DNA from: an uncultured Flavobacteriales bacterium
Lineage (GTDB): Bacteria > Bacteroidota > Bacteroidia > Flavobacteriales > UBA1820
Assembly: GCA_902462305.1 (NCBI GenBank)
Contig: CABQBC010000005.1
Coordinates: 9,642 to 73,641 of the forward strand
Direction: 5' to 3'
Length of the DNA: 64,000 bases
Part shown: one piece after another, positions 1 through 10,696 of the stretch
Position numbering within the stretch: position 1 is the first letter of the stretch
Layout: each line of letters starts with the position of its first letter
Position numbers and translations under genes: made by a program
The notes under the pieces: generated by a model
Told to the model about the DNA's origin: nothing
What the model saw: the letters and a program-made list of their open reading frames with translations, nothing else
The model's database searches: none

Positions 1-184
1 TTGCGATTTTTTTTAGTGTAAGCATTGTCGTGTTTTTAACTGTTCATAGCATGTTTTAGTGTATGACGAAAAGGTTCGGGATAAAGTTACACAAATGTCG
101 TTTTTTTTCGCAACGGAATAATATAAAATAGCATAACCGATTAAAAGAGAGAGGTAAATGGTTTGTTTTTCCAAATAAAAATAC

Positions 185-192
185 TACCTTTG
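185..192 (+). promoter_or_regulatory. Candidate Bacteroidota sigma-A -7 box (TACCTTTG, consensus TAnnTTTG) ahead of the ribosomal gene train
   Basis: Exact TAnnTTTG match read at 185-192 with a TTTG about 28 nt upstream. The first gene starts at 423, which implies a leader of roughly 225 nt. A second exact match (TACATTTG) lies at 261-268. Confidence 0.5.
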
Positions 193-422
193 CGAGCCAC
201 AATATAAGATGTTAAGACCGTCTTGTGCGTTGTATGCTAAGACGTTTATTATCATTCGGTTACATTTGGTTTTTGTCGTGAGTGGTTTTTTCTTCCGGCA
301 GAACCTTATGCATTTTGCGCGCTTTTGCTGAGGGGTGAAAGTGTTAAAAAATAACCGGGGCATCTTAAAAAGAGGAAAAAAATTGAACGTTAACAATAAA
401 ACAATTTTTAAGTAGCAAACAA

Positions 423-821
423 ATGCCAACTATTCAACAATTAGTAAGAAAAGGAAGAGCCACACTCGCCAAGAAGAGTAAATCGGCTGCTTTGGATTCT
501 TGTCCCCAGCGTCGCGGCGTATGCACGCGCGTTTACACCACTACCCCTAAAAAGCCTAACTCGGCAATGCGTAAAGTTGCCCGTGTTCGTCTTACAAACG
601 GTAATGAGGTGAACGCCTACATCGGCGGCGAAGGACACAACCTCCAAGAGCACTCGATAGTATTGGTACGTGGCGGAAGGGTTAAGGATTTGCCCGGTGT
701 TCGTTATCATATCGTGCGCGGCGCGCTCGATACAGCCGGTGTGAACGGCCGTAAGCAGCGTCGTTCCAAGTACGGTGCAAAGCGTCCGAAACCGGGACAG
801 GCTGACGCCAAGAAAAAATAA
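423..821 (+). CDS. rpsL: 30S ribosomal protein S12 (uS12)
   Basis: [12 protein letters not shown]...PKKPNSA(M)RKVARVRL is the universal uS12 signature. It heads the str operon order rpsL-rpsG-fusA. Confidence 0.98.
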   Translation: MPTIQQLVRKGRATLAKKSKSAALDSCPQRRGVCTRVYTTTPKKPNSAMRKVARVRLTNGNEVNAYIGGEGHNLQEHSIVLVRGGRVKDLPGVRYHIVRGALDTAGVNGRKQRRSKYGAKRPKPGQADAKKK

Positions 822-859
822 TCCTTAAAACTTCAACACATTATTAAAAAAGTAAAGAA

Positions 860-1336
860 ATGAGAAAAGCAAGAGCTAAAAAAAGAGTTCTTCTTCCCGA
901 TCCTAAGTTCCAGGACGTACTTGTAACGCGTTTTGTGAACAACCTAATGTGGGATGGCAAGAAAAGCACTGCGCTTGAAGTGTTTTACGATGCTTTGGAT
1001 ATCGTAGGCGAAAAAACGAAGGACGGTGAAAAGACGTCCCTTGAAATATGGAAAGACGCTCTTTCCAATGTTATGCCTCACGTAGAAGTGCGCTCGCGCC
1101 GTGTGGGCGGAGCCACGTTCCAGATACCGATGCAGATCCGTCCTGACCGTAAGGTTTCGATGGCTATCAAATGGCTTATAAAGTATGCGCGTCTGCGTAA
1201 TGAAAAATCGATGGCCCAGAAACTGGCCGCCGAGATAATGGCCGCTTCCAAGGAAGAAGGTGCCGCAGTCAAAAAGCGCATGGATACGCACAAGATGGCC
1301 GAGGCCAACAAGGCGTTCTCGCATTTCAGGTTTTAA
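860..1336 (+). CDS. rpsG: 30S ribosomal protein S7 (uS7)
   Basis: The 158-aa protein MRKARAKKR...DPKFQD...[11 protein letters not shown] is typical uS7 and sits between rpsL and fusA. Confidence 0.98.
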   Translation: MRKARAKKRVLLPDPKFQDVLVTRFVNNLMWDGKKSTALEVFYDALDIVGEKTKDGEKTSLEIWKDALSNVMPHVEVRSRRVGGATFQIPMQIRPDRKVSMAIKWLIKYARLRNEKSMAQKLAAEIMAASKEEGAAVKKRMDTHKMAEANKAFSHFRF

Positions 1337-1358
1337 CCCAAGATTTTAAAGGAAAAAC

Positions 1359-3479
1359 ATGGCAAAAAGAGATTTAAAATATACGAGGAATATCGGTATC
1401 ATGGCCCACATCGATGCCGGTAAGACCACAACCAGCGAGCGTATCCTTTATTACACCGGACTTACCCACAAGATAGGCGAGGTGCACGACGGAGCCGCTA
1501 CGATGGACTGGATGGCGCAGGAACAGGAGCGAGGCATAACGATTACCTCTGCCGCTACTACCGTGTTCTGGAACTATCCTACCCACCAGGGCCAGAAAAC
1601 CCCCGATACAAAACAGTACAAGATAAACCTGATAGACACTCCGGGGCACGTGGACTTCACTGCAGAGGTTGAGCGTTCGCTGCGAATACTCGACGGTGCC
1701 GTGGCGCTTTTCTGTGCGGTAGGCGGTGTTGAGCCCCAGTCGGAAACTGTATGGCGTCAGGCCAACAAATACAATGTTCCGCGTATAGGTTTCGTGAACA
1801 AGATGGACCGCAGCGGTGCCGACTTCTTCAATGTGGTTAAACAGGTGAAAGAGCGTTTGGGCGCACATCCTGTTCCCCTTCAGGTGCCTATAGGTTCCGA
1901 GGCCGATTTCAAAGGCGTTGTGGACCTCCTTACCATGGAAGGTATCATATGGAACGAAGAGGACAAGGGTATGACTTATCAGGTCGTTCCTATCCCTGAG
2001 GACCTCAAGGACGAATGCGACAAATGGCGCGCTCATTTGGTTGAATCTGTAGCCGAAACTTCGGAAGAGCTCATGGAGAAATTCTTCTCGGATCCGGACA
2101 GCATAACCAAGGATGAACTTATCGCAGCTATCCGCAAGGCAACCATATCTATGGACATCATACCTATGATGTGCGGTTCGTCGTTCAAAAACAAAGGAAC
2201 TCAGAAGATGCTCGATGCCGTTATGGCTTTCCTGCCTTCTCCTGTGGACGTAGAGGCCATTTCCGGTATCAACCCCAAGACGGACGAAGAGGTTGTTCGC
2301 CATCCGAGCGCAGACCAGCCTATGGCCGCACTTGCGTTCAAGATCGCTACCGACCCGTTCGTAGGCCGCCTTTGTTTCTTCCGCATGTATTCCGGTAAGC
2401 TCGAAGCAGGTTCTTATATTTACAACCCGCGTACCGATAAAAAAGAACGTATATCCCGCATATTCCAGATGCACTCGAAAGAGCAGAAGCCCATCGAGGT
2501 GATCGAAGCCGGCGACATAGGTGCCGGAGTAGGTTTCAAGGATATCCGTACCGGAGATACGCTTTGCGATGAAAAAGACCCGATAGTTCTCGAGTCCATG
2601 TCGTTCCCGGATCCTGTGATAGGTATTTCCATCGAGCCGAAGACACAGGCCGATCTGGACAAACTCGGAGTAGGTCTTGCAAAATTGGCCGAAGAAGACC
2701 CGACTTTCCGTGTACATACGGATGAAACGTCCGGTCAGACTATCATATCCGGTATGGGTGAGCTTCACCTGGATATTATCGTTGACCGTCTCAAGAGGGA
2801 GTTCAGCGTAGAAGTGAACCAGGGCCAGCCTCAGGTTGCATACAAAGAAGCTCTTACGGGTGTTGTTGAACACCGCGAGGTTTATAAAAAGCAAACGGGC
2901 GGACGCGGTAAATTCGCAGACGTTATATTCCGTATGGAGCCGAACTCCGAAGGCAAATCCGGTCTCGAATTCTACTCTGAAATCAAGGGCGGTAACATTC
3001 CTAAGGAATTCGTTCCTTCCATCGAAAAGGGATTCAAGGAAGCTATCGGCGCAGGTCCTTTGGCCGGATACGAACTTCAGGGTATGAAGATCACCGTTCT
3101 CGACGGTTCGTTCCACCCGGTTGACTCCGACCAGCTCTCGTTTGAAATGGCAGCCAAACTCGGTTACAAGGAAGCTGCTTCCAAAGCGAAGCCTATACTT
3201 CTCGAACCGATAATGAAACTCGAAGTGACCACTCCCGAAGAAAGCATGGGTGATGTCATAGGCGACCTTAACCGCCGCCGCGGTATCATCAAAGGTACGG
3301 ACAACCGCGCCGGGGCTACTATCGTCAAAGCTGACGTTCCTCTGTCGGAGATGTTCGGCTACGTTACATCGCTTCGTACGCTTACTTCCGGCCGCGCGAC
3401 TTCCACTATGGAATTCTCGCACTATGCCGAAGTTCCGCGTTCCATTGCCGACGAGGTGATTGCAAAGTCAAAAAAGTAA
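1359..3479 (+). CDS. fusA: Elongation factor G
   Basis: 706 aa with GTPase motifs [17 protein letters not shown] and NKMD. The length and position are those of EF-G. Confidence 0.98.
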   Translation: MAKRDLKYTRNIGIMAHIDAGKTTTSERILYYTGLTHKIGEVHDGAATMDWMAQEQERGITITSAATTVFWNYPTHQGQKTPDTKQYKINLIDTPGHVDFTAEVERSLRILDGAVALFCAVGGVEPQSETVWRQANKYNVPRIGFVNKMDRSGADFFNVVKQVKERLGAHPVPLQVPIGSEADFKGVVDLLTMEGIIWNEEDKGMTYQVVPIPEDLKDECDKWRAHLVESVAETSEELMEKFFSDPDSITKDELIAAIRKATISMDIIPMMCGSSFKNKGTQKMLDAVMAFLPSPVDVEAISGINPKTDEEVVRHPSADQPMAALAFKIATDPFVGRLCFFRMYSGKLEAGSYIYNPRTDKKERISRIFQMHSKEQKPIEVIEAGDIGAGVGFKDIRTGDTLCDEKDPIVLESMSFPDPVIGISIEPKTQADLDKLGVGLAKLAEEDPTFRVHTDETSGQTIISGMGELHLDIIVDRLKREFSVEVNQGQPQVAYKEALTGVVEHREVYKKQTGGRGKFADVIFRMEPNSEGKSGLEFYSEIKGGNIPKEFVPSIEKGFKEAIGAGPLAGYELQGMKITVLDGSFHPVDSDQLSFEMAAKLGYKEAASKAKPILLEPIMKLEVTTPEESMGDVIGDLNRRRGIIKGTDNRAGATIVKADVPLSEMFGYVTSLRTLTSGRATSTMEFSHYAEVPRSIADEVIAKSKK

Positions 3480-3508
3480 AAAGAATAGATTAAGACGAAA
3501 TAAATACA

Positions 3509-3814
3509 ATGAGTCAAAAAATTCGCATTAAACTCAAGTCTTACGACCACAATCTCGTCGACAAATCGGCTGAGAAAATAGTCAAGACGGTAAAATCTAC
3601 CGGAGCGGTGGTAAACGGGCCTATACCTCTTCCCACCCAGAAAAAGATTTTTACGGTACTGCGTTCACCGCACGTGAATAAAAAATCGCGCGAGCAGTTT
3701 CAGGTAAGTTCTTTCAAACGCCTTCTCGACATCTACAGCTCTTCGTCCAAGACGATAGACGCTTTGATGAAACTCGAACTTCCCAGCGGCGTTGAGGTTG
3801 AAATCAAAGTATAG
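3509..3814 (+). CDS. rpsJ: 30S ribosomal protein S10 (uS10)
   Basis: The 101-aa protein [14 protein letters not shown]...[14 protein letters not shown] is the uS10 signature. It is the first gene of the S10 block. Confidence 0.98.
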   Translation: MSQKIRIKLKSYDHNLVDKSAEKIVKTVKSTGAVVNGPIPLPTQKKIFTVLRSPHVNKKSREQFQVSSFKRLLDIYSSSSKTIDALMKLELPSGVEVEIKV

Positions 3815-3826
3815 TATAGAGGATAT

Positions 3827-3862
3827 CTTCCCCGCGAGTGGTTTTTTCCGCACGCGGGGAAG
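3827..3862 (+). other. 10-bp GC-rich stem-loop in the rpsJ-rplC spacer
   Basis: CTTCCCCGCG (3827-3836) pairs perfectly with CGCGGGGAAG (3853-3862) across a 16-nt U-rich loop. No U-tract follows, so it is probably not a full terminator. Confidence 0.6.
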
Positions 3863-3908
3863 CAATTTCCGTATTTGTTAATAATTGTCCAATAATTAAA
3901 ACCACAAA

Positions 3909-4526
3909 ATGTCTGGATTAATTGGTAAAAAAATTGGTATGACCAGCATTTTCGATGAAGGCGGGAAAAACATTCCCTGCACTGTAATCGAATGCGGTCC
4001 GTGTGTAGTAACACAGGTCAGAACCACACAAGTCGACGGGTATGATGCCCTTCAGCTTGGTTTCGATGACAAAAAAGAGAAGAACGTAACCAAGGCACTC
4101 AGTGGACACTTCAAGAAGGCGGGTACAGCCCCCAAGCACAAAGTGGTCGAATTCAAAGGTTTTGAAGGAGAACACAAATTAGGCGATGTGCTTACGGCGG
4201 ACGTATTTGTCGAAGGAGAGTTCGTTGACGTGGTGGGGACTTCCAAAGGTAGGGGTCACCAGGGTGTAGTTAAGCGTCATGGATTTGGTGGTGTAGGACA
4301 GTCGACTCACGGTCAGCACAACCGTCTCCGCGCTCCGGGTTCTATCGGAGCATGTTCCTATCCTGCAAAAGTATTCAAGGGAATGCGCATGGCAGGACAG
4401 ATGGGTAGCGAGAGGGTTAAGGTAAAAAACCTCCGTGTGCTCAAAGTAGAGGCAGATAAGAATCTGCTGGTAGTAAAAGGATGCGTTCCGGGCGCAAAGA
4501 ACTCATATTTAATTATTGAAAAGTAA
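3909..4526 (+). CDS. rplC: 50S ribosomal protein L3 (uL3)
   Basis: [17 protein letters not shown]...[10 protein letters not shown] is a typical uL3 N-terminus, and the gene follows S10 operon order. Confidence 0.97.
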   Translation: MSGLIGKKIGMTSIFDEGGKNIPCTVIECGPCVVTQVRTTQVDGYDALQLGFDDKKEKNVTKALSGHFKKAGTAPKHKVVEFKGFEGEHKLGDVLTADVFVEGEFVDVVGTSKGRGHQGVVKRHGFGGVGQSTHGQHNRLRAPGSIGACSYPAKVFKGMRMAGQMGSERVKVKNLRVLKVEADKNLLVVKGCVPGAKNSYLIIEK

Positions 4527-5155
4527 TGGAAGTAGCAGTATTAGACATACAAGGAAAGCCGACCGGACGCACAATAGCACTCGATGAATCGGTTTTCGGG
4601 GTTGAGCCCAACGAACACGCCGTATGGCTCGACGTCAAGCAGTACCTTGCCAATAAACGTCAGGGTACACATGCGTCCAAGCACAGAGGCCTGGTATCGG
4701 GCAGCACGCGCAAGCTCAAGAAACAGAAAGGCACAGGCGGTGCACGTGCCGGCAGCATAAAGAGCCCGGTATTCCGCGGCGGCGGACGCGTCTTCGGACC
4801 GGAACCGCGCGACTACTCTTTCAAGCTGAATAAAAAGCTCAAGAGACTGGCTCGCAAGAGCGCCCTTTCTCAGAAGGTTTCTGAACAAAATCTCATTGTT
4901 GTTGAGGATTTTACATTAAATGCTCCTAAAACAAAAGATTTTGTTAACATAATTGCCGCTTTAGGTTTAAATTCTAAAAAATCGTTGTTTGTTACGGCCG
5001 CCGGGGATAAAAACGTATATTTGTCCTCACGAAATTTACAGTACGCTTCGGTTGTGCCATGCACAGAATTAAACACTTACGAAATCATCAACAACAAGGC
5101 TCTGGTGGTTTGCGAAGGTGCATTGGAGCAAATACAAAACAACTTAAGCAACTAA
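4526..5155 (+). CDS. rplD: 50S ribosomal protein L4 (uL4)
   Basis: 209 aa with the KQKGTGGAR(A)GS motif. Its start overlaps the rplC stop, and it follows S10 operon order. Confidence 0.97.
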   Translation: MEVAVLDIQGKPTGRTIALDESVFGVEPNEHAVWLDVKQYLANKRQGTHASKHRGLVSGSTRKLKKQKGTGGARAGSIKSPVFRGGGRVFGPEPRDYSFKLNKKLKRLARKSALSQKVSEQNLIVVEDFTLNAPKTKDFVNIIAALGLNSKKSLFVTAAGDKNVYLSSRNLQYASVVPCTELNTYEIINNKALVVCEGALEQIQNNLSN

Positions 5156-5161
5156 CGCAAG

Positions 5162-5452
5162 ATGGATATATTAGTAAGACCACTCATTACCGAGAAAATG
5201 ACCGCTATTACCGATAAGAGCGGCCGTTACGGTTTTGTCGTAAAGCCTGATGCAAACAAGGCTCAGATAAAAGAAGCCGTTCAGAAGGCTTACGGCGTTA
5301 CTGTTAAGAGCGTACACACCATTCGTTATGCCGGAAAAGCGCGCAGCCGTTATACAAAGGCAGGCGTGATAGCAGGACGCACGAATGCGTATAAGAAAGC
5401 AATCGTAGAGATTGCCGAAGGACAAACAATCGACTTTTATCACAATATCTAA
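5162..5452 (+). CDS. rplW: 50S ribosomal protein L23 (uL23)
   Basis: 96 aa beginning ILVRPLITEKMT, in the position between L4 and L2. Confidence 0.96.
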   Translation: MDILVRPLITEKMTAITDKSGRYGFVVKPDANKAQIKEAVQKAYGVTVKSVHTIRYAGKARSRYTKAGVIAGRTNAYKKAIVEIAEGQTIDFYHNI

Positions 5453-5461
5453 TCAGAAGAT

Positions 5462-6289
5462 ATGTCAGTTAGAAAATTAAAACCAACGACTCCGGGCCAG
5501 CGTCACAAGATTGTGAACGGCAACGATATGGTTACCGTAAGCAACCAGCCCGAAAAGAGTCTTTTGGCCGGTAAGAAAAAGACCGGAGGCCGCAACAACA
5601 CCGGTAAGATGACCATGCGTCAGATAGGTGGCGGTCACAAACAGCGTTACAGGGTGATAGATTTCAAACGCGATAAGTTCGGAATCCCCGCTACAGTAAA
5701 GACCATAGAGTACGACCCTAACCGTTCGGCTTTCATTGCGCTTCTGGCGTATGCCGACGGAGAAAAGAGGTATATAGTCGCTCCGGCCGGACTTCAGGCT
5801 GGACAGACAGTTGTTTCCGGCCAGGGCGCGGCTCCTGAAGTCGGAAATGCACTTTACCTGAGCGAAGTTCCTCTGGGAACTGTTATCAGCTGCATCGAGC
5901 TACGTCCTGGACAGGGCGCCGTTATAGCTCGTTCGGCAGGTACGTTTGCCCAGTTGGCTGCCCGCGAAGGCAAGTACGCAACTATCAAGCTTCCTTCGGG
6001 AGAAACACGTATGATACTGACCACGTGCATGGCTACCGTGGGTGTTGTATCTAACTCGGACCATCAGCTGGAAAAATCCGGAAAAGCCGGGCGTTCCCGT
6101 TGGCTGGGCCGTCGTCCCCGTGTACGTGCTGTTGTGATGAACCCTGTCGATCACCCAATGGGTGGTGGTGAAGGACGTGCATCCGGCGGACATCCGCGTA
6201 CACGTAAAGGTACGCCTGCTAAGGGTTACAAGACACGTTCCCTTACAAAGGCAAGTAATAAGTACATTGTAGAACGAAGAAAGAAATAG
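5462..6289 (+). CDS. rplB: 50S ribosomal protein L2 (uL2)
   Basis: 275 aa with KPTTPGQRH...GGGHKQRYR...[12 protein letters not shown], the uL2 hallmarks. Confidence 0.98.
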   Translation: MSVRKLKPTTPGQRHKIVNGNDMVTVSNQPEKSLLAGKKKTGGRNNTGKMTMRQIGGGHKQRYRVIDFKRDKFGIPATVKTIEYDPNRSAFIALLAYADGEKRYIVAPAGLQAGQTVVSGQGAAPEVGNALYLSEVPLGTVISCIELRPGQGAVIARSAGTFAQLAAREGKYATIKLPSGETRMILTTCMATVGVVSNSDHQLEKSGKAGRSRWLGRRPRVRAVVMNPVDHPMGGGEGRASGGHPRTRKGTPAKGYKTRSLTKASNKYIVERRKK

Positions 6290-6292
6290 TCT

Positions 6293-6571
6293 ATGGCACG
6301 TTCATTAAAAAAAGGACCGTATATCCACTACAAGCTGGAGAAAAAAGTGCTCGCCAATGTCGAGGCCAACAAGAAGACCGTCATCAAGACATGGTCGCGC
6401 GCATCTATGATTTCTCCTGATTTCGTAGGTCAGACAATTGCGGTACACAACGGTAAGACTTTTATCCCGGTGTACGTAACTGAGAATATGGTAGGCCATA
6501 AGCTCGGCGAGTTTTCGCTCACGCGCAACTTCCGCGGCCACGCCGGAGCAAAAGATAAAGGTAAACGTTAA
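6293..6571 (+). CDS. rpsS: 30S ribosomal protein S19 (uS19)
   Basis: [10 protein letters not shown]...[23 protein letters not shown] is the uS19 signature. Confidence 0.98.
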   Translation: MARSLKKGPYIHYKLEKKVLANVEANKKTVIKTWSRASMISPDFVGQTIAVHNGKTFIPVYVTENMVGHKLGEFSLTRNFRGHAGAKDKGKR

Positions 6572-6586
6572 TCAGTAGGTTAAAAA

Positions 6587-7003
6587 ATGGGAATTCGAAA
6601 GAAACAGAGAGCTGAAGCTTTCAAAGCAGCCAAGAAGCAAGTTGCCTACGCGAAACTGAACAACTGCCCGACCTCTCCTCGTAAGATGAGACTCGTGGCC
6701 GACCTGGTACGCGGCGTCGAAGTGAACAAAGCGCTCCAGATACTCAAGTTCAACACCAAGCACGCTTCCATCAACCTGGAAAAACTCGTGCTTTCAGCCG
6801 TTGCCAACTGGCAGGCAAAGAACGAAGGCGTAAGCATAGAAGACGCGAAGCTTTATATCAAGGAAATAAGCGTTGACAGCGGTTCGATGCTCAAAAGGCT
6901 CCGTCCGGCTCCTCAGGGACGCGGACACCGCATCCGTAAACGTTCAAACCACGTAACAGTAGTGCTGGGAAGCACCGTTAATCAACCAACAGAAACTAAA
7001 TAA
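6587..7003 (+). CDS. rplV: 50S ribosomal protein L22 (uL22)
   Basis: 138 aa with [14 protein letters not shown], a typical uL22 motif. Assigned also by operon order. Confidence 0.96.
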   Translation: MGIRKKQRAEAFKAAKKQVAYAKLNNCPTSPRKMRLVADLVRGVEVNKALQILKFNTKHASINLEKLVLSAVANWQAKNEGVSIEDAKLYIKEISVDSGSMLKRLRPAPQGRGHRIRKRSNHVTVVLGSTVNQPTETK

Positions 7004-7008
7004 GCAAA

Positions 7009-7791
7009 ATGGGACAGAAAACAAATCCGATAGGCAACCGTTTAGGTATAATCAGAGGTTGGGAGTCAAACTGGTACGGCGGTAACGATTATGGTGACAA
7101 GATCGCCGAGGACAGCAAGATACGCAAGTATCTGATGGCCCGTCTGGCTAAGGCCAGCGTATCGCGCATCATAATAGAACGCACGCTTAAACTGGTCACA
7201 GTAACCGTTATGACTGCCCGTCCGGGTATCATAATAGGCAAAGGTGGTGCCGAAGTCGATAAGATCAAGGAAGAACTCAAGAAACTCACCGGCAAAGAAG
7301 TTCAGATAAACATCTTTGAAATAAAGAAGCCGGAACTCGACGCAAACCTCGTGGCTAACAGCATAGCACGCCAGATAGAGAGCCGTATCTCTTATCGCCG
7401 CGCTATAAAGATGGCCATCGCATCCACAATGCGTATGAATGCCGAGGGTATCAAAGTTATGGTATCGGGCCGTCTGAACGGTGCCGAGATCGCGCGCAGC
7501 GAAACCGTGAAGGAAGGACGTATTCCTCTTTCCACTTTCCGTGCCGATATCGATTACGCTCTGGCCGAAGCGCATACTACTTACGGACGTATAGGTCTTA
7601 AGGTGTGGATAATGAGGGGCGAGCTGTACGGAAAACGCGACCTTTCCCCGAATTTCTCCTCGCAGGGAGCATCCGGAGCAGGTTCAGGTGACCGTCGCCA
7701 GCGCGGTGAAGGCCGTAGCGACCGTCGTGACCGCGGAGATCGCGGCGACCGCAGGGGTGGTGCCGACCGTAACAGAAGAGCAAAAAAATAA
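7009..7791 (+). CDS. rpsC: 30S ribosomal protein S3 (uS3) with an Arg/Asp/Gly-rich C-terminal tail
   Basis: [14 protein letters not shown]...KH-domain GKGG are uS3 features. The last ~44 aa are low complexity ([34 protein letters not shown]). Confidence 0.97.
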   Translation: MGQKTNPIGNRLGIIRGWESNWYGGNDYGDKIAEDSKIRKYLMARLAKASVSRIIIERTLKLVTVTVMTARPGIIIGKGGAEVDKIKEELKKLTGKEVQINIFEIKKPELDANLVANSIARQIESRISYRRAIKMAIASTMRMNAEGIKVMVSGRLNGAEIARSETVKEGRIPLSTFRADIDYALAEAHTTYGRIGLKVWIMRGELYGKRDLSPNFSSQGASGAGSGDRRQRGEGRSDRRDRGDRGDRRGGADRNRRAKK

Positions 7792-7815
7792 TATTAAGGG
7801 CAAAATAAAGTAAAG

Positions 7816-8238
7816 ATGTTACAGCCTAAAAGAACAAAGTTTCGTAAAGTACAGAAGGGCCGCATGCATGGACTCTCCCATAGGGGGCATACTCTTGCAT
7901 TCGGTACTTTCGGATTGAAGACACTTGAAGAAAAGTGGATTACGGCGCGCCAGATAGAAGCCGCCCGTATCGCCGCTACACGTTATATGAAGCGTGAAGG
8001 ACAACTGTGGATCCGCATATTCCCCGATAAGCCCATAACCCAGAAGCCTGCCGAAGTCCGTCAGGGTAAAGGTAAGGGTAACGTGGAATACTGGGCAGCC
8101 GTAGTTCTTCCGGGCCGCATAATGTTTGAAGTAGGAGGGGTACCTTTCGATATCGCCAAAGAAGCTCTGCGCCTTGCCGCACAGAAACTTCCGATAAAGA
8201 CGAAATTCGTTGTGGCCCGCGATTTTGTTGAAGCTTAA
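7816..8238 (+). CDS. rplP: 50S ribosomal protein L16 (uL16)
   Basis: [15 protein letters not shown] is the canonical uL16 N-terminus. Confidence 0.98.
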   Translation: MLQPKRTKFRKVQKGRMHGLSHRGHTLAFGTFGLKTLEEKWITARQIEAARIAATRYMKREGQLWIRIFPDKPITQKPAEVRQGKGKGNVEYWAAVVLPGRIMFEVGGVPFDIAKEALRLAAQKLPIKTKFVVARDFVEA

Positions 8239-8250
8239 TTTAATTACAAA

Positions 8251-8445
8251 ATGAAACAATCGGTAATAAAAGAGCTGTCAACGGCTGAACTGAAGGAAAA
8301 ACTCGCCGAGACGAAGGCAAAGCTCACGGAGCAGCGCCTCTCACACGCGGTGACTCCGTTGGAAAACCCCATGGAAATACGTAAAACACGTAAAACGGTA
8401 GCTCGTCTTGCAACTGAGCTTACTAAAAGAGAACTTCAAAAGTAG
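8251..8445 (+). CDS. rpmC: 50S ribosomal protein L29 (uL29)
   Basis: A 64-aa helical protein ([11 protein letters not shown]...) in the position between L16 and S17. Confidence 0.95.
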   Translation: MKQSVIKELSTAELKEKLAETKAKLTEQRLSHAVTPLENPMEIRKTRKTVARLATELTKRELQK

Positions 8446-8458
8446 TAATCAGCTGAAG

Positions 8459-8716
8459 ATGGAAACAAGAAATTTAAGAAAAGAGCGTATAGGTGTGGTT
8501 ACTTCGAACAAGATGGAGAAATCTATCGTTGTTTCCGAAGTAAAACGAATGAAACACCCGATGTATGGTAAGTTCGTCATCAAGACGAAGAAATACTATG
8601 CGCACGATGAAAATAACGATTGCAATATCGGCGATACGGTACGCATCATGGAGACGCGCCCATTGTCGAAGAACAAGCGTTGGAGATTAGTCGAAATTAT
8701 AGAAAGAGCTAAATAA
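8459..8716 (+). CDS. rpsQ: 30S ribosomal protein S17 (uS17)
   Basis: [25 protein letters not shown]...YYAHDENN matches uS17. The ORF-track start at 8408 lies inside rpmC, so I chose the ATG at 8459. Confidence 0.95.
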   Translation: METRNLRKERIGVVTSNKMEKSIVVSEVKRMKHPMYGKFVIKTKKYYAHDENNDCNIGDTVRIMETRPLSKNKRWRLVEIIERAK

Positions 8717-8718
8717 TT

Positions 8719-9087
8719 ATGTTACAACAAGAGTCAAGATTAAAAGTGGCCGACAATACGGGTGCCCGCGAGGTTCTCGTAATACGCGTGCTTGGCGGTA
8801 CAAACAGACGTTATGCCTCTATCGGTGACACCATCGTAGTGAGCATAAAGGATGCTACCCCGACAGGAAGCGTTAAGAAAGGCCAGGTATCTAAGGCAGT
8901 TGTAGTCAGAACGAAGAAGGAAGTACGTCGCCCTGACGGCTCCTACATCCGTTTCGATGACAATGCCTGCGTTCTTCTGAACGCAGCCGGGGAGATGCGC
9001 GGAACACGCGTATTCGGACCCGTGGCACGCGAATTGCGTGATAAACAGTTTATGAAGATTGTATCACTTGCACCGGAAGTGCTTTAA
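8719..9087 (+). CDS. rplN: 50S ribosomal protein L14 (uL14)
   Basis: [19 protein letters not shown] is a near-universal uL14 N-terminus; 122 aa. Confidence 0.98.
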   Translation: MLQQESRLKVADNTGAREVLVIRVLGGTNRRYASIGDTIVVSIKDATPTGSVKKGQVSKAVVVRTKKEVRRPDGSYIRFDDNACVLLNAAGEMRGTRVFGPVARELRDKQFMKIVSLAPEVL

Positions 9088-9102
9088 TCATTGGAAAGAA
9101 TC

Positions 9103-9417
9103 ATGACAAAACTGAAAATCAAAAAAGGAGACAAAGTTGTCGTTATTTCCGGTGGATCTAAAGGAAAAGAAGGAGAAGTCCTTCAGGTTTTCCCGGACAA
9201 GAACAAGGCAATCGTAGAAGGTGTTAACGTTGTGTCTAAGCACAAAAAACCCAGCGCCAAAAATCCTCAGGGCGGTATCGTGAAGAGCGAAGCCCCTGTT
9301 CACATTTCCAACCTGTCGCTCATCGACCCCAAATCGGGCAAAGCTACGCGTGTAGGTTATAAAATGGAAGGCGATAAGAAGGTCAGGGTTTCTAAAAAAT
9401 CAGGGGAGGTAATATAA
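9103..9417 (+). CDS. rplX: 50S ribosomal protein L24 (uL24)
   Basis: [23 protein letters not shown] is the KOW motif of uL24. The ORF-track start at 9091 is a TTG, so I prefer the ATG at 9103. Confidence 0.95.
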   Translation: MTKLKIKKGDKVVVISGGSKGKEGEVLQVFPDKNKAIVEGVNVVSKHKKPSAKNPQGGIVKSEAPVHISNLSLIDPKSGKATRVGYKMEGDKKVRVSKKSGEVI

Positions 9418-9968
9418 TGACATATCAACCAAGACTTAAAGGGCTTTACAAGGAAAAAGTAGTTCCCGCCCTTATGGCTGAATTCGGATACAAAAACCAG
9501 ATGATGGTTCCAAAGCTCGAAAAGATAGTTATATCCAAGGGCGTAGGTTCCGCTGTAGCCGACAAGAAGCAGATAGAGTATGCCATCGATGAAACCACCC
9601 GTATAGCAGGTCAGAAAGCTATCCAGTGCATGTCTAAAAAGGACGTGGCTTCTTTCAAGCTCCGCAAAGGCATGCCGATAGGTGTGAAGGTAACGCTTCG
9701 TGCAGACAAGATGTACGAGTTCCTCGACCGCCTGGTAAGCGCTTCTCTGCCTCGTATCCGCGACTTCAACGGGATCAACCCTAACGGTTTCGACGGACGC
9801 GGTAACTACAACATGGGTGTTACCGAGCAGATAATTTTCCCCGAGATCAACATCGACCAGATAAACAAGATATCGGGTATGGACATCACCTTTGTTACAT
9901 CGGCCAAGACCGATAAAGAAGCAAAGGCGTTACTCACAGCATTCGGTTTACCCTTTAAAAAGAAATAA
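9417..9968 (+). CDS. rplE: 50S ribosomal protein L5 (uL5)
   Basis: 183 aa with [11 protein letters not shown]...[12 protein letters not shown], typical uL5, in spc operon order. Confidence 0.97.
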   Translation: MTYQPRLKGLYKEKVVPALMAEFGYKNQMMVPKLEKIVISKGVGSAVADKKQIEYAIDETTRIAGQKAIQCMSKKDVASFKLRKGMPIGVKVTLRADKMYEFLDRLVSASLPRIRDFNGINPNGFDGRGNYNMGVTEQIIFPEINIDQINKISGMDITFVTSAKTDKEAKALLTAFGLPFKKK

Positions 9969-9973
9969 GCACA

Positions 9974-10243
9974 ATGGCTAAAGAATCAATGAAAGCGCGT
10001 GAGCGCAAACGTGAAGCATTAGTTGCCAAGTATGCTGCAAAACGTGCGGCCCTTAAGGCTGCCGGCGATTACGAAGGCCTGCAGAAGCTCCCAAAGAACG
10101 CTTCTCCGGTACGCCTGCACAACCGTTGCAAGCTCACAGGCCGTCCGCGCGGATACGTCCGCCATTTCGGAATATCCCGTGTAACTCTTCGCGAGATGGC
10201 CAACCAGGGGCTTATTCCGGGAGTTAAGAAAGCAAGCTGGTAA
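9974..10243 (+). CDS. rpsN: 30S ribosomal protein S14 (uS14), 89-aa long form
   Basis: [13 protein letters not shown]...[11 protein letters not shown]...[10 protein letters not shown] is the uS14 signature. Confidence 0.97.
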   Translation: MAKESMKARERKREALVAKYAAKRAALKAAGDYEGLQKLPKNASPVRLHNRCKLTGRPRGYVRHFGISRVTLREMANQGLIPGVKKASW

Positions 10244-10276
10244 TAATCACACAACAAAAAAGGATTTAAAGAAGTT

Positions 10277-10675
10277 ATGATAACAGATCCAATAGCAGAC
10301 TACCTGACAAGGCTACGCAATGCCATAAAAGCAGGCAAGAGGGTCGTTGAGATACCGGCGTCCAATATCAAAAAAGAGATAACAAAGATACTCTTCGAAC
10401 AGGGATACATCCTCAATTACAAATTTGAGGGCGAAGTTCCTTCGGCTACTATAAAGATAGCCCTGAAATACGACAAGCTGACCAAGCAGCCGGCGATAAC
10501 CAAAATAGGAAGGATATCCTCTCCCGGTTTGCGCCAGTATGCAGGCGCCGATGATCTGCCCAGAGTACTCAACGGACTGGGCATAGCTATCGTTTCCACC
10601 TCCAAAGGCCTTATGACCAACAAAAAGGCAAAGGCTGAGAACATAGGCGGAGAGGTATTATGTTACGTTTACTAA
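10277..10675 (+). CDS. rpsH: 30S ribosomal protein S8 (uS8)
   Basis: DPIADYLTRLRNA...STSKGLMT are uS8 hallmarks. Confidence 0.97.
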   Translation: MITDPIADYLTRLRNAIKAGKRVVEIPASNIKKEITKILFEQGYILNYKFEGEVPSATIKIALKYDKLTKQPAITKIGRISSPGLRQYAGADDLPRVLNGLGIAIVSTSKGLMTNKKAKAENIGGEVLCYVY

Positions 10676-10696
10676 TAAACAAACGAAAAGCAGAAA

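Noticed and set aside
184-429. An 81-aa minus-strand ORF covering the rpsL upstream region.
   Set aside because: It runs through the candidate promoter boxes and overlaps the rpsL start. The sequence is low complexity and Phe/Lys-rich, as expected from AT-rich leader DNA, and I see no supporting signal.
1374-3422. A 682-aa ORF on the minus strand, fully antisense to fusA. Similar long antisense ORFs lie opposite secY (13177-14253), rpsM/rpsK (14682-15401), batB/batC (24161-25039), fbaA (40131-41354), the fumarase gene (53771-54997) and rnr (57718-58443 and 58477-59400).
   Set aside because: Each one overlaps a gene with unambiguous, highly conserved protein signatures on the other strand. 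Their translations are compositionally odd (rich in R, H, F, Y, C), have no recognisable motifs and no promoter boxes. Long stop-free antisense frames are a known by-product of codon bias in highly expressed genes.
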